From Steroidobacteraceae bacterium (lineage in GTDB: Bacteria > Pseudomonadota > Gammaproteobacteria > Steroidobacterales > Steroidobacteraceae): a DNA stretch of 64,000 nt. The notes under the pieces were generated by a model, which saw only the letters and a list, made by a program, of their open reading frames with translations, did not search any database and was not told the DNA's origin. Positions 1-9,446 of this stretch are shown here, piece after piece. The DNA is taken from assembly GCA_050179155.1 (NCBI GenBank), contig JBFXFJ010000005.1, positions 108,012 to 172,011 of the forward strand, given 5' to 3'. A program made the translations under genes and the position numbers. The number at the start of each line of letters is the position of its first letter. Position 1 is the first letter of the stretch.

Positions 1-2
1 CC

Positions 3-755
3 GCGCTCGCGGCGCCACCGGCGGCCGCCGTCACGCGCCAGGAGCAGGCAATCCAGGACGCGATGCTCGTGCTCCGGGAAGTACAGGCGATGCCGGACCA
101 GCGGATACCCGACCAGCTGCTGGCGCGAGCCGAGGGCATCGTGATCCTGCCCGCCAACGTCAAGTTCGCGCTGATCGGCGGCGCGCGCTTCGGCGGCGGC
201 GTCATGCTGGTACGGACCGAGAACCGCCAGTGGAGCAATCCGGTCTTCGTGAAAGCCGGCGGCGGCAGCGTCGGCTTCCAGTGGGGCGGCCAGGTCGCGG
301 ACATCATCCTGGTCCTGACGACGCGGCGCAGCATCGAAGGCATCACGGACGGCAAGATGACGCTCGGCGCCGACGCGTCGGTCGCCGCGGGCCCGGTGGG
401 ACGCACGGCAATGGCCTCGACCAGCCTGAACTTCGATTCCGAGGTGTACGCCTATTCGCGGACCAAGGGCCTGTTTGCCGGCGTTTCGCTCGAGGGCAGC
501 GGTATCTTCATCAATGACAAGTACAACCGCCGCTTCTACGACGACAAACGCAGCACATCGGAGATACTGACGACGACCAGCGCCCCGGCGCCGCCGGCCA
601 ATGACCTCGTGACCGAGGTTGCGCGGCTCACCGAAGGCGCGACGCAGAGCGTCGCGAGCGAGGCGGCGGAGCCGAAGGATCCGGCCTCGACGCGGCCGGT
701 GGAGCCGCGCACCTATCCGATGCCGGACGAACAGCCCGGCACCGAGCCGCGCTGA
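3..755 (+). CDS. SYLF (DUF500/Ysc84-like) lipid-binding domain protein, 5' partial
   Basis: The frame is open from nt 3 to the window edge. The translation (GIVILPANVKFALIGGARFGGGVMLVR...GFQWGGQVADIILV...TLGADASVAAGPVGR...YAYSRTKGLFAGVSLEGS) matches the SYLF/DUF500 repeat pattern. The tail is low-complexity and Pro/Glu-rich. Confidence 0.7.
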   Translation, partial: ALAAPPAAAVTRQEQAIQDAMLVLREVQAMPDQRIPDQLLARAEGIVILPANVKFALIGGARFGGGVMLVRTENRQWSNPVFVKAGGGSVGFQWGGQVADIILVLTTRRSIEGITDGKMTLGADASVAAGPVGRTAMASTSLNFDSEVYAYSRTKGLFAGVSLEGSGIFINDKYNRRFYDDKRSTSEILTTTSAPAPPANDLVTEVARLTEGATQSVASEAAEPKDPASTRPVEPRTYPMPDEQPGTEPR

Positions 756-778
756 CGCAAGACCGCAGGGGGTCCGGC

Positions 779-1636
779 TTGAAGATCGGCGTGATCGGCC
801 TCGGGACGATGGGCGGTCCCATCGCGCGGCGCATCGCGCGTGCGGGCCACGAGATCCTCGCCTGGAACCGCACGGCCGGACGGGCGGACGGCCTGCCGCG
901 CGAATCAGCGGTCAGCGTCAGGAGCGCGGCCGAGGCTTGCCAGGCCGAGATGGTCCTGACGATCCTGTCCGATGATGCCGCGGTCGAGGCGGTCCTGTTC
1001 GACGGCGGCCGGCTGATCACGGCCGGCATGCCCGGCCTGATCCACGTCTGCCTGAGCACGATCAGCGACGGCCTCGCGCGCCGCCTCTCCGCGGCGCACG
1101 AGGCCACCGGCCAGTCCTACGTGTCCGCGCCGCTGTTCGGTCCGCCCGACGCAGCTGCGGCCGGGCGCCTGCTGGTGATCGCGGGCGGCCCCCGCCAGGT
1201 GGTCGAGCGCATCCGCCCGGTGCTCGAGACGCTAGGCCGCGTGCAGCACATCAGCGACGACCCGACGGCCGCCAACGTCGTCAAGTCGGCAGGCAACTTC
1301 CTGATGGCGGCCGTGGTCGAGAGCCTGCGCGATTCGATGCAGGTCGTGCACGCCGCGGGCGTCGATCCGCGCGAGTTTGCGGGCATCGTCACCCAGTCGC
1401 TGTTTCCGACCCCGGTCTACCAGTACCTGGGCGGGATGCTGGCGACGCGCCAGGCCCGGGGCGGCGCGCGCGTGCCGAATCCGTTCCTGCGCGGCGCGGA
1501 GCAGTCGGCGGCGACGGCACGCGCGCATGGCGTCAGCGCCCCGCTCGCCGATCTCATCTCACGTCAGGCGCCGGCAGCCCCTGAAACGCCGAGTCCTGCC
1601 GGGCAGGCGACGCCGATGCCACCGATCCCGCAATAG
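779..1636 (+). CDS. NAD(P)-dependent oxidoreductase, 3-hydroxyisobutyrate/6-phosphogluconate dehydrogenase-like
   Basis: N-terminal Rossmann motif [19 protein letters not shown], length about 285 aa, TTG start. The last roughly 24 codons overlap the convergent msrA 3' end. Confidence 0.8.
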   Translation: MKIGVIGLGTMGGPIARRIARAGHEILAWNRTAGRADGLPRESAVSVRSAAEACQAEMVLTILSDDAAVEAVLFDGGRLITAGMPGLIHVCLSTISDGLARRLSAAHEATGQSYVSAPLFGPPDAAAAGRLLVIAGGPRQVVERIRPVLETLGRVQHISDDPTAANVVKSAGNFLMAAVVESLRDSMQVVHAAGVDPREFAGIVTQSLFPTPVYQYLGGMLATRQARGGARVPNPFLRGAEQSAATARAHGVSAPLADLISRQAPAAPETPSPAGQATPMPPIPQ

Positions 1637-2226
1637 CCGTCCGGATTCTTTGCGAGGTACTGCTGGTGGTAGTCCTCGGCGTAGAAGAATTCGGGCGCCG
1701 GCAGTATTTCCGTCGTGATCGGCCGGCCGTGTCCCGCGGCATCGAGCGCGTGCTGGTACGCCAGCCTTGATTCCCGGGCGGCTTCCAGTTGCGCATCGCC
1801 GACCGCGAAGATCGCCGAGCGATACTGGGTGCCGACGTCGCCCCCCTGGCGCATCCCCTGGGTCGGGTCGTGCGATTCCCAGAAGATGCGCAGCAGTTCT
1901 CCGTAGCTGACCTGCTTCGGGTCGAACACGATGCGCACGACCTCGGTGTGCCCCGTCATGCCGCTGCAGACTTCCTGATACGTCGGATTCGGCGTGAAGC
2001 CGCCGGCGTATCCCGCCGCAGTGGAATGGACGCCCGGCAGCTCCCAGAACAGCTGCTCGGCGCCCCAGAAGCAGCCCATGCCGAACATCGCCAGTTCCAT
2101 TCCCGCCGGAAAGGGCGGCGACAGGCGGTGGCCGTTGACGAAATGCCGCTCCGGCACGGCCATCGGCGTGCCGCGTCCCGGGAGCGCCTGTGCCGCCTTC
2201 GGCATCGTGGTGCTGCGTACCGCCAT
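1564..2226 (-). CDS. msrA: peptide-methionine (S)-S-oxide reductase
   Basis: Motifs [40 protein letters not shown], and a C-terminus [14 protein letters not shown] moved the start to the ATG at 2226, immediately after the marC stop. Confidence 0.9.
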   Translation of the reverse strand: MAVRSTTMPKAAQALPGRGTPMAVPERHFVNGHRLSPPFPAGMELAMFGMGCFWGAEQLFWELPGVHSTAAGYAGGFTPNPTYQEVCSGMTGHTEVVRIVFDPKQVSYGELLRIFWESHDPTQGMRQGGDVGTQYRSAIFAVGDAQLEAARESRLAYQHALDAAGHGRPITTEILPAPEFFYAEDYHQQYLAKNPDGYCGIGGIGVACPAGLGVSGAAGA

Positions 2227-2228
2227 GT

Positions 2229-2789
2229 TCAGCTCCCGGCCAGTTCCCGGACCCCGTTGATGACGAACTGCACGCCGATGCAGATCATCAGGAATCCCAT
2301 GATGCGGGCGATCGCGCCGATGCCGGCGCTGCCCAGCTTGTGCGCGAGCTGCTCGGCGGCGCGCAGCACGAAATAGCACACGAGCGCGGCGACGCCGATG
2401 CCGATGATCACGCCGACATGCTCGATGATGATGCGCATGCCCTGTTCCTCGTGGCGGATCGTCGAGGACATCGAGATCACGGTCGCGATCGAGCCCGGAC
2501 CGGAAAGCGACGGCATCGCGAGCGGCGAGAACGAGATATCGGCCTTGGACTGCGCCTCGAGCAGCGCCTCGGCGGACATCTGCGGCGCCGGGTCCGGGAA
2601 CAGCATCCGGAATCCCAGGAAAGCGATCACCAGGCCGCCGGCGATGCGCAGGCCCGGGATGGAAATGCCGAATACCTGCATGATCAGCGTGCCGAGCAGC
2701 AACACGGCGGTGCCGACCGGATTGATGATCGGCAGCAGGGTCATGACCGTCAGACCCACGTAACTGAGGAAATCGGCGGCGAAGTTCAT
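2229..2789 (-). CDS. MarC family (UPF0056) integral membrane protein
   Basis: 186 aa, multi-pass and hydrophobic. It has the N-terminal [15 protein letters not shown] and [18 protein letters not shown] motifs typical of the MarC/YhgN family. Confidence 0.8.
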   Translation of the reverse strand: MNFAADFLSYVGLTVMTLLPIINPVGTAVLLLGTLIMQVFGISIPGLRIAGGLVIAFLGFRMLFPDPAPQMSAEALLEAQSKADISFSPLAMPSLSGPGSIATVISMSSTIRHEEQGMRIIIEHVGVIIGIGVAALVCYFVLRAAEQLAHKLGSAGIGAIARIMGFLMICIGVQFVINGVRELAGS

Positions 2790-2814
2790 CGTCCGGCTAT
2801 CTTACAATGCGCGC

Positions 2815-3417
2815 ATGACCGCATCGGCCAGCACGCCCCGGGTCCGGCTGACCCGGCTGATCTACCTGCTGGTGCTGGCGGCGGCGGCCTTGAGCGAGGG
2901 CCGCGCGGTCCAGGGCGACGCCGGCCTGCTGGCCCAGGCGGCGGGATTCCTGCTGGTCACGGCGGCCGTGCTCGGGCGGCTGTGGGCCACGCTGTTCATC
3001 GCCGGCCGCAAGGATGAAGCACTGGTGCGCGAGGGGCCCTACTCGGTCTGTCGCCACCCGCTGTATCTCTGCTCCGTGATCGCGTCGCTCGGAATCGCCC
3101 TGACGACCCGCTCGGTCGCGCTGATGGTGGCGCTGCCTGCGCTCACCGGCGTCATCGCGGGGATTGCGGCGCGGCGCGAGGACCGCGCGCTGTTGCAGGC
3201 GCATCCCGACGACTGGCCTCGGTACCGCGATGCGGTGCCCGGCTTCCGCCCGGCGTGGGCGCAGCACCGGATGCCGGACCGCGTTTCCGTGCCGCCCGCG
3301 ATCTATCGCAAGGCCTTCCTCGATGCAGCCTCGTTCCTTGCGCTATGGCTCGCCGTGCTGCTGCTCGAGACGCTGCGCGCCGGCGGCGCCTGGCCGGCAT
3401 TGTTCCGCCTGCCCTGA
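2815..3417 (+). CDS. ICMT/PEMT-family membrane methyltransferase
   Basis: 200 aa and hydrophobic. The motif LVREGPYSVCRHPLYL is typical of isoprenylcysteine carboxyl / phospholipid methyltransferase family proteins. Confidence 0.65.
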   Translation: MTASASTPRVRLTRLIYLLVLAAAALSEGRAVQGDAGLLAQAAGFLLVTAAVLGRLWATLFIAGRKDEALVREGPYSVCRHPLYLCSVIASLGIALTTRSVALMVALPALTGVIAGIAARREDRALLQAHPDDWPRYRDAVPGFRPAWAQHRMPDRVSVPPAIYRKAFLDAASFLALWLAVLLLETLRAGGAWPALFRLP

Positions 3418-3426
3418 CGGCGGCCC

Positions 3427-4065
3427 ATGCAAAAGCTCAAGTCGGATCTGTTCGGCTCGGTCTGGCGCGACGGTGAGCGCGGGCGGGAGTCGGTGCTGCG
3501 CGACACGGCCAGCGCGCGCTGGTGGCTCGCCTGGCTCGCGCGCCGCCTCTGCCGCCGCGAGGCACAAGCGCTCGCCCGGCTCGACGGCATCATCGGCACG
3601 CCGCGCCTGCTCGCGGAACACGCGGGCGGGCTGCAGCGCGAATGGATCGAGGGGCGGCCGATGCAGGTTGCGCGGCCGCGAAATGCGGATTATTACCGCG
3701 CCGCGCGACGCCTGGTCTCGGCACTGCACCGCCGGGGCGTCGCGCACAACGACCTCGCCAAGGAAACCAACTGGCTGGTCACCCCCACCGGCTTGCCTGC
3801 GATCGTGGACTTCCAGCTCGCGCTCGTGTCGCGCCGGCGCGGCAGGCTCTTTCGTTCACTCGCGCGGGAGGACCTGCGCCACCTGCTGAAGCACAAGCGC
3901 AGCTACTGCCCGGATCGCCTCACCGCGCGGGAGCGGCGGATCCTCGCGCGACCGGCGGCGATCTCGCGACTGTGGATGGCCACGGGCAAACCGGTCTACA
4001 GCTTCATCACGCGGCGATTGCTTGGCTGGGCGGACCGGGAGGGTGCGGAGGATCGGCGGTTTTGA
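3427..4065 (+). CDS. small protein-kinase-like fold protein (LPS-kinase/RIO-like)
   Basis: 212 aa with a catalytic-loop-like GVAHNDLAKETNWLV followed by IVDFQLA (DFG-like). It lies 9 nt after the methyltransferase gene. Confidence 0.5.
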   Translation: MQKLKSDLFGSVWRDGERGRESVLRDTASARWWLAWLARRLCRREAQALARLDGIIGTPRLLAEHAGGLQREWIEGRPMQVARPRNADYYRAARRLVSALHRRGVAHNDLAKETNWLVTPTGLPAIVDFQLALVSRRRGRLFRSLAREDLRHLLKHKRSYCPDRLTARERRILARPAAISRLWMATGKPVYSFITRRLLGWADREGAEDRRF

Positions 4066-4079
4066 GGTATCTTGACGTC

Positions 4080-4334
4080 ATGGCCACTTGCCACGAACAC
4101 AACCTCCGCTCCCCGCCGCCATCGGCACGCCCCTTCGGCATCAGGGTCAGCCTGCTCCCGGGCGACCCGTTTGCGCGCCTGGTCGGCGCCGACTGGCAGA
4201 AGCTGCACTGGTTCGCCACCGAGCGCGAGCGCGATGCGGCGCTCGCGGACATGGCGAGCCTCCATCCCTACTCGCGCCGCGGCGACGAGCCCGCGGTCCG
4301 ATTCGAGAGAGTCAGCGAGGATGCGCCGCGCTGA
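4080..4334 (+). CDS. hypothetical 84-aa protein
   Basis: ATG at 4080 inside the longer shadow ORF 3522..4334, with high third-position G+C. It lies 14 nt downstream of the kinase-like gene. I recognise no family. Confidence 0.4.
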   Translation: MATCHEHNLRSPPPSARPFGIRVSLLPGDPFARLVGADWQKLHWFATERERDAALADMASLHPYSRRGDEPAVRFERVSEDAPR

Positions 4335-4340
4335 GCGGCA

Positions 4341-6572
4341 TCAGCGGATGCGTCCGAGCAGCAGGTAGAAGCTGCGGTCGCCGCCCTCGTCGAAGCCGGC
4401 GGCGAGGTACACCGGGCCGAGGAAGGTGTCGAACCCGAGGAATGCCGATCCGTTCACGCGCGCGGAACCGAAACTGATGTCGGCGCGCCGGTCCCATACA
4501 TTCCCGAGTTCGAGCGACAGCCCGAGATAGGTCGGCACGTTCAGGAAGCCCTCGTCGCCGCTGCCGATGCGGCGATAGACAATGCTGCGCGCAATGGCGA
4601 AATGCGGGCCGCTGATCGAATCCGGCGAGAGTCCTGACAGGTTGAACAGGCCGCCGAGCGTGTAGAAGTCCTGCACCGATTCAGGCCCCGACACGTTGGC
4701 GCCGCCGCTCGCCGACAGCACCAGTGTGCTCCGGCCGAAGGAGCGCGCCAGCGTCCAGTCGGAGGAAATGCGGTCGGCATCCGCCTCGGCGCCGAGGCCC
4801 TCCCGCGGGCCGTTCCACTGCAGCGTGAACAGCTCGCCGTGCCGCGGGAAATAGACGTCGTCCAGCCGGTCGATGCTGAGACGCGCGACGAACTCGCCGC
4901 GATCAAAGTCCGTGCGCGGCGGCAGGTCCGGATCGTCCGGATCGCCGACCAGCAGGTGCCGGCTGCCCTCGCCCCACAGCACGCCCGCGCGCAGTTCCCC
5001 CCAGCTGCCGAACTGGCGCCCGATGTCGAACCCGGCTTCACGGTTGCGGATCCGGTAGGTCGCGAGGCGTACGTCATCCTCGAGGATGTCGAAGTTGCGC
5101 CGCTCGATCAGCAGTTTCGGCGCCACGAACCAGTCCGACGTGTAGCCGATCGGCTGGTAGAACTCGGTCTTGAGTCGCGGGCTGGCACCGACCCGCAGGT
5201 CGGTCTGCCACTCGGCGCCATAGGCGTTGACTTCGGTCACCAGCGCGCGCACGCCGGCATTGAAGCTGTTGGAGCCTTCGAAATCATCCTGCAGCTCGAG
5301 CCCGAAGCGCAGGTAGTTCGGGCCCCAGCTCTTGCGGCGGGCGCTGACTTCGACACCGCTCTGATCGCCGTCGCGGACGACCTTGTAGTCGAGCGATTCA
5401 AAGTTGCCGTCGCCGTAGAGCCGGGAGACGCGCCGTTCCATCGCCACGGGGTTCAGGGGCTTGCCGACCGCCGGCGTGAATTTCGCAACGATGCGCTCGC
5501 GATACCGCTCGGAGCGGGGATCGGTGCGCACGAACCGCACGGTGGGCGGCGCGGTCTCGCGCGCCGAGCGCGCCGCCAGGTAGCCCTGCCAGCCCGCCTC
5601 GTCGATCCCGAGCGCGGCGAGCCGGGCCGATTGCCCCCGCGTCGCCGCCTCGCCGTGCCCGATCGTCTTGTCGACCTCCGAGAAATCCATCGACAGCAGG
5701 TTGCCAAGTGGCGGCTCGATCAGCAGGTCGCCGGGCTCCAGCAGCGCGCGCTGACGTTGCGTTTCCCGCTGGATCATGATGGTCAGCATCTGGTTCGACA
5801 CCGCGAGCGCCGAATTCAGCTCGCGCCGGCCGACCGGCTGGAAGCCGACATCCACGGCGATGACGACGTCCACGCCCATTTCCTTCGCGATGTCGACCGG
5901 CAGGTTCTCGACCAGGCCGCCGTCGACCAGTAACCGCCCCTCCAGCTCGACCGGCGCGAACACGCCCGGCGCCGACAGGCTGGCGCGCAGCGCCTCGGCC
6001 AGGTCGCCGCGCGCGAGCACCTTGCGCTCGCCGGTCTCGAGGTCGGTCGCAATGGCGCGAAAACGCGTCGGCAGCCGGTCGAAATCGTCGATTCCCGCGA
6101 CCGCGACCGTCTCCCGCCGCAGGATCTGCGTCAGTCGCTGCCCCTGTATCAGCCCGCGCGGCACGCGGAAGCTGCCGGATTTGACGCCGAGAGGGAATCG
6201 CACCAGGAACTCGCGGTCGTCCTGTTTGCGGCGAAAGTTCAGGTCGCCGCGCGGCGGGCGGTCGCGGAACGCCGAGTTCCAGTTGAGCGTGCGCACCAGG
6301 GCCTCGATCTCGGCAGACGTCATGCCCGAGGCATAGAGGCCGCCGATCACCGCGCCCATGCTGGTGCCGGCGATCGCGTCGATCGGGACCCGTTGCTCCT
6401 CCAGCACCTTCAGCACGCCGACGTGCGCGAGTCCGCGCGCGCCGCCGCCGGAGAGCACGAGGCCGACGCGCGGCCGGTCCGCAGCTTCCGCGGCCGGATC
6501 CTGGGCGGCGGCTGGCGCCACCAGCAGCAGGCAGCAGGCCCACATACAGATGCGCGGCAAGAAGTGCTTCAT
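4341..6572 (-). CDS. patatin-like phospholipase with C-terminal Omp85/surface-antigen beta-barrel (PlpD-like, type Vd secretion architecture)
   Basis: Signal peptide MKHFLPRICMWACCLLLVAPAAAQ; patatin motifs GLVLSGGGARG and GTSMGAVIGG, with DGG later in the sequence. The C-terminal ~400 aa are beta-strand-rich and end in ...FYLLLGRIR. Confidence 0.85.
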   Translation of the reverse strand: MKHFLPRICMWACCLLLVAPAAAQDPAAEAADRPRVGLVLSGGGARGLAHVGVLKVLEEQRVPIDAIAGTSMGAVIGGLYASGMTSAEIEALVRTLNWNSAFRDRPPRGDLNFRRKQDDREFLVRFPLGVKSGSFRVPRGLIQGQRLTQILRRETVAVAGIDDFDRLPTRFRAIATDLETGERKVLARGDLAEALRASLSAPGVFAPVELEGRLLVDGGLVENLPVDIAKEMGVDVVIAVDVGFQPVGRRELNSALAVSNQMLTIMIQRETQRQRALLEPGDLLIEPPLGNLLSMDFSEVDKTIGHGEAATRGQSARLAALGIDEAGWQGYLAARSARETAPPTVRFVRTDPRSERYRERIVAKFTPAVGKPLNPVAMERRVSRLYGDGNFESLDYKVVRDGDQSGVEVSARRKSWGPNYLRFGLELQDDFEGSNSFNAGVRALVTEVNAYGAEWQTDLRVGASPRLKTEFYQPIGYTSDWFVAPKLLIERRNFDILEDDVRLATYRIRNREAGFDIGRQFGSWGELRAGVLWGEGSRHLLVGDPDDPDLPPRTDFDRGEFVARLSIDRLDDVYFPRHGELFTLQWNGPREGLGAEADADRISSDWTLARSFGRSTLVLSASGGANVSGPESVQDFYTLGGLFNLSGLSPDSISGPHFAIARSIVYRRIGSGDEGFLNVPTYLGLSLELGNVWDRRADISFGSARVNGSAFLGFDTFLGPVYLAAGFDEGGDRSFYLLLGRIR

Positions 6573-6680
6573 AGGGGCGGAGGAATCCTAGCACGCGGTC
6601 GATTGCGGGCCGGTTTCCGCGCCGCGCGGCAGGCCTGTATCTTAGTGTCCGGCGGCAGCGACCTGCCGGCAGGTGCCTTG

Positions 6681-7730
6681 ATGGAACCGCACTTCGACGC
6701 CATTACCCCGGAGCGGCTGCCGGAGCTGCTTACGTCGATGCCGAAGGCCGAGCTGCATGTCCACATCGAGGGGACACTCGAGCCCGAGCTGATCTTCGCG
6801 CTGGCCCGGCGCAACCGCGTGGACCTGCCCTACGCCGGCGTCGAGGACCTGCGCGCCGCCTATGCGTTCACCGGCCTGCAGAGCTTCCTCGACATCTATT
6901 ACGCCGGCGCCAGCGTGCTGCTGCACGAGCAGGACTTCGAGGACCTGGCAAGCGCCTACCTCGAGCGCGCTGCGGCGGACGGCGTGGTGCGCGCCGAGAT
7001 CTTCTTCGACCCGCAGACGCACACCGCGCGCGGCGTGCCCCTCCGGACGGTCATCGACGGACTGTCGCGCGCTATCGGGCGGGCGCGCGACCGCGACGGT
7101 GTGGACGCCGCGCTGATCCTGTGCTTCCTGCGGCACCTCAGCGAGGACGAGGCCTTTGCCACGCTCGAGCAGGCGCTGCCGTTCAGGGACCGTTTCATCG
7201 GCGTCGGCCTCGACAGCAGCGAGCGCGGCCATCCGCCGGAAAAGTTCGCCCGCGTCTTCGCGCGCTGCCGCGAACTCGGCCTGCGCCTCGTCGCCCACGC
7301 CGGCGAGGAAGGGCCACCCGCCTACATTACCGGCGCGCTCGACGTGCTGCGGGTCGAGCGCATCGATCATGGCGTGCGCTGCGTCGAGGACCCCGCACTG
7401 GTGCGGCGCCTGGCGCGCGATCGCATCCCGCTGACCGTGTGCCCGCTTTCCAACGCCAGGCTGCGCGTCTTCGCATCGCTCGCCAGCCACAATCTCCCCG
7501 CGCTGCTGGCCGCGGGCCTTTGCGCGACCGTCAACTCCGACGATCCGGCCTACTTCGGCGGCTACATCAACCGCAATTTCCGCGAGACCTTCGCGGCGTT
7601 GCCGTCGCTGACGGCGCGCGATGCCTGGCAGCTCGCTGCCAACAGCTTCGAGGCGAGTTTTGCGGACGCCGCGGACAAGCGCCGCTGGCACGATGCCCTG
7701 GACGCGTCATTCGCCTCGGCCGGCGCCTGA
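6681..7730 (+). CDS. add: adenosine/adenine deaminase family protein
   Basis: Start moved to the ATG at 6681. Motifs LPKAELHVHIEGTLEPELIF, HAGEEGPPAYI and SDDPAYFGGY. Confidence 0.85.
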   Translation: MEPHFDAITPERLPELLTSMPKAELHVHIEGTLEPELIFALARRNRVDLPYAGVEDLRAAYAFTGLQSFLDIYYAGASVLLHEQDFEDLASAYLERAAADGVVRAEIFFDPQTHTARGVPLRTVIDGLSRAIGRARDRDGVDAALILCFLRHLSEDEAFATLEQALPFRDRFIGVGLDSSERGHPPEKFARVFARCRELGLRLVAHAGEEGPPAYITGALDVLRVERIDHGVRCVEDPALVRRLARDRIPLTVCPLSNARLRVFASLASHNLPALLAAGLCATVNSDDPAYFGGYINRNFRETFAALPSLTARDAWQLAANSFEASFADAADKRRWHDALDASFASAGA

Positions 7731-9035
7731 GGCTCGAGCGTCGCGGTCGTAACGCAGCCTGCCCATCAGGTAGGTGCGAGCGACGGCCCGGTCATCGCCG
7801 AGCGTCATCAGCAGGAACAGTATCTCGGCGATATCCCGGGCCGCGGCCGTGCGCCGCGCCAGCAGCGGCGTGGCCGCCGGGTCGAGCACGATGAAGTCGG
7901 CCTCCCGCCCGGTCGCGAAACTGCCGATGCGGCCGTCGAGGTCCAGCGCGCGCGCCGCGCCGAGCGTCGCCAGGTAAAAGGCGTCGAGCGGCGACAGGCT
8001 GTGGCCGCGCAGTTGCGCCACCTTGTAGGCGTCGTGCAGCACGCCGAGCATGCAGAAGGTGGTGCCGCCGCCGACATCCGTGCCGAGCGCAACCGGCACG
8101 CCGGCAGCCGTCACGCGCCGCAGGTCGAACAGACCGCTGCCCAGGAACAGGTTGCAGGACGGACAGTGCACGAGCGCCGCCCCGGTCTTGGCGAGGCGCG
8201 ACAGGTCCGCGTCATCCAGCCAGATGCCGTGCGCGAGGGCCGTGCGCCGGCGCAGCAGCCCGTAGTGATCGTAGATGTCGAGATAGCTGCGCCGCTCCGG
8301 GAACAGTTTGCGCGCCCAGGCGACTTCTTCCTCGTTCTCCGCGACGTGCGTGTGGACATAGACGTCGGGACGTTCGCGGGCCAGGCGGCCGGCAGCGGCA
8401 AGCTGTTCCGGCGTCGAACTGGGCGCGAATCGCGGCGTGATCGCGTACTGCATCCGGCCGCGGCCATGCCAGCGCGCGATCAGCGCCGCCGAGTCCGCAT
8501 AGCCCGACGCGGCCGTGTCGCGCAGGTCCCCGGGGCAGTTGCGGTCCATCAGGGCCTTGCCGGCGATGAGCCGCATGTCCCGCGCCAGGCCCGCCTCGAA
8601 GACCGCGTCCACCGAGGCCGGATGGACGCTGCCGACCACGAGCGCCGTGGTCGTGCCGTTGCGCAGCAGCTCCTCGATGAAGAACCCGGCAACGCTGCGC
8701 GCGTGGGCCTCGTCGGCAAAGGCCCGTTCGGCCGGAAACGTGTACTGCTCGAGCCAGTCCAGCAGCCGCCGGCCGTGGGAGCCGATCACGTCCGTCTGCA
8801 CGAAGTGAGTATGCGCATCGATGAAACCCGGGACGATCAGCCGGCCCGTGCAATCGGTGACCGCGGTCGAGGCTGCCAGCGCCGGGCCGAGATCGCGCGC
8901 GTCGCCGAGGCCCTCGACGTGTCCATCCTCGACGATCAGCAGGCCGTCCTCGCGGTATTCGAAGGCGCCGGCGCCGCCGGACCCGCCCGGGTCGTCCAGG
9001 AAATGCAGGATCGGGCCGCGAAATGCCTGTTTCAT
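7707..9035 (-). CDS. guaD: guanine deaminase
   Basis: Start moved to the ATG at 9035 (MKQAFRGPILHF). Motifs PGFIDAHTHFVQTDVIGS, HVAENEEEV and GTDVGGG. The 3' end overlaps the convergent add by 24 nt. Confidence 0.85.
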   Translation of the reverse strand: MKQAFRGPILHFLDDPGGSGGAGAFEYREDGLLIVEDGHVEGLGDARDLGPALAASTAVTDCTGRLIVPGFIDAHTHFVQTDVIGSHGRRLLDWLEQYTFPAERAFADEAHARSVAGFFIEELLRNGTTTALVVGSVHPASVDAVFEAGLARDMRLIAGKALMDRNCPGDLRDTAASGYADSAALIARWHGRGRMQYAITPRFAPSSTPEQLAAAGRLARERPDVYVHTHVAENEEEVAWARKLFPERRSYLDIYDHYGLLRRRTALAHGIWLDDADLSRLAKTGAALVHCPSCNLFLGSGLFDLRRVTAAGVPVALGTDVGGGTTFCMLGVLHDAYKVAQLRGHSLSPLDAFYLATLGAARALDLDGRIGSFATGREADFIVLDPAATPLLARRTAAARDIAEILFLLMTLGDDRAVARTYLMGRLRYDRDARASGAGRGE

Positions 9036-9081
9036 GGGCGCAAGCTTAAACGGATTCCGACTGTGTACAATCGGTGCACGC

Positions 9082-9435
9082 ATGAGTCGCCTGACGACGC
9101 ACGTCCTGGATCTCACCAGCGGCTCGCCTGCCGGGGGCATGACCGTCGAGCTGGCCGCGATCGACGGCGCGGCCCGCCGCATGGTCGCGAGCGTGAAGAC
9201 CAATCGCGACGGCCGCTGCGATGGCGCGCTGCTCGAGGGCGGCCGGTTCACCGCCGGCGTCTGGCAGCTCGAGTTTCACGTTGCGGCCTACTTCAGGGCG
9301 CGCGGCGTGCCGGTCGGGGAGCCGCCCTTCCTCGACGTCGTGACCGTGCGATTCGGCGTGGCGGATCCCGGCCAGCCTCATCACGTGCCGCTTCTCGTGA
9401 CGCCGTGGAGCTACTCCACCTACCGCGGCAGCTAG
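9082..9435 (+). CDS. uraH: 5-hydroxyisourate hydrolase (transthyretin-like)
   Basis: 117 aa: MSRLTTHVLDLTSGSPAGGM... with the diagnostic C-terminal tetrapeptide YRGS. Confidence 0.9.
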   Translation: MSRLTTHVLDLTSGSPAGGMTVELAAIDGAARRMVASVKTNRDGRCDGALLEGGRFTAGVWQLEFHVAAYFRARGVPVGEPPFLDVVTVRFGVADPGQPHHVPLLVTPWSYSTYRGS

Positions 9436-9446
9436 GGACCCCTGCC

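Noticed and set aside
9036-9081. A palindromic operator around TGTACA in the guaD/uraH divergent region.
   Set aside because: Outside the 6-bp TGTACA core, the flanks (ccgactg / aatcgg) match poorly as an inverted repeat. That is too weak to call.
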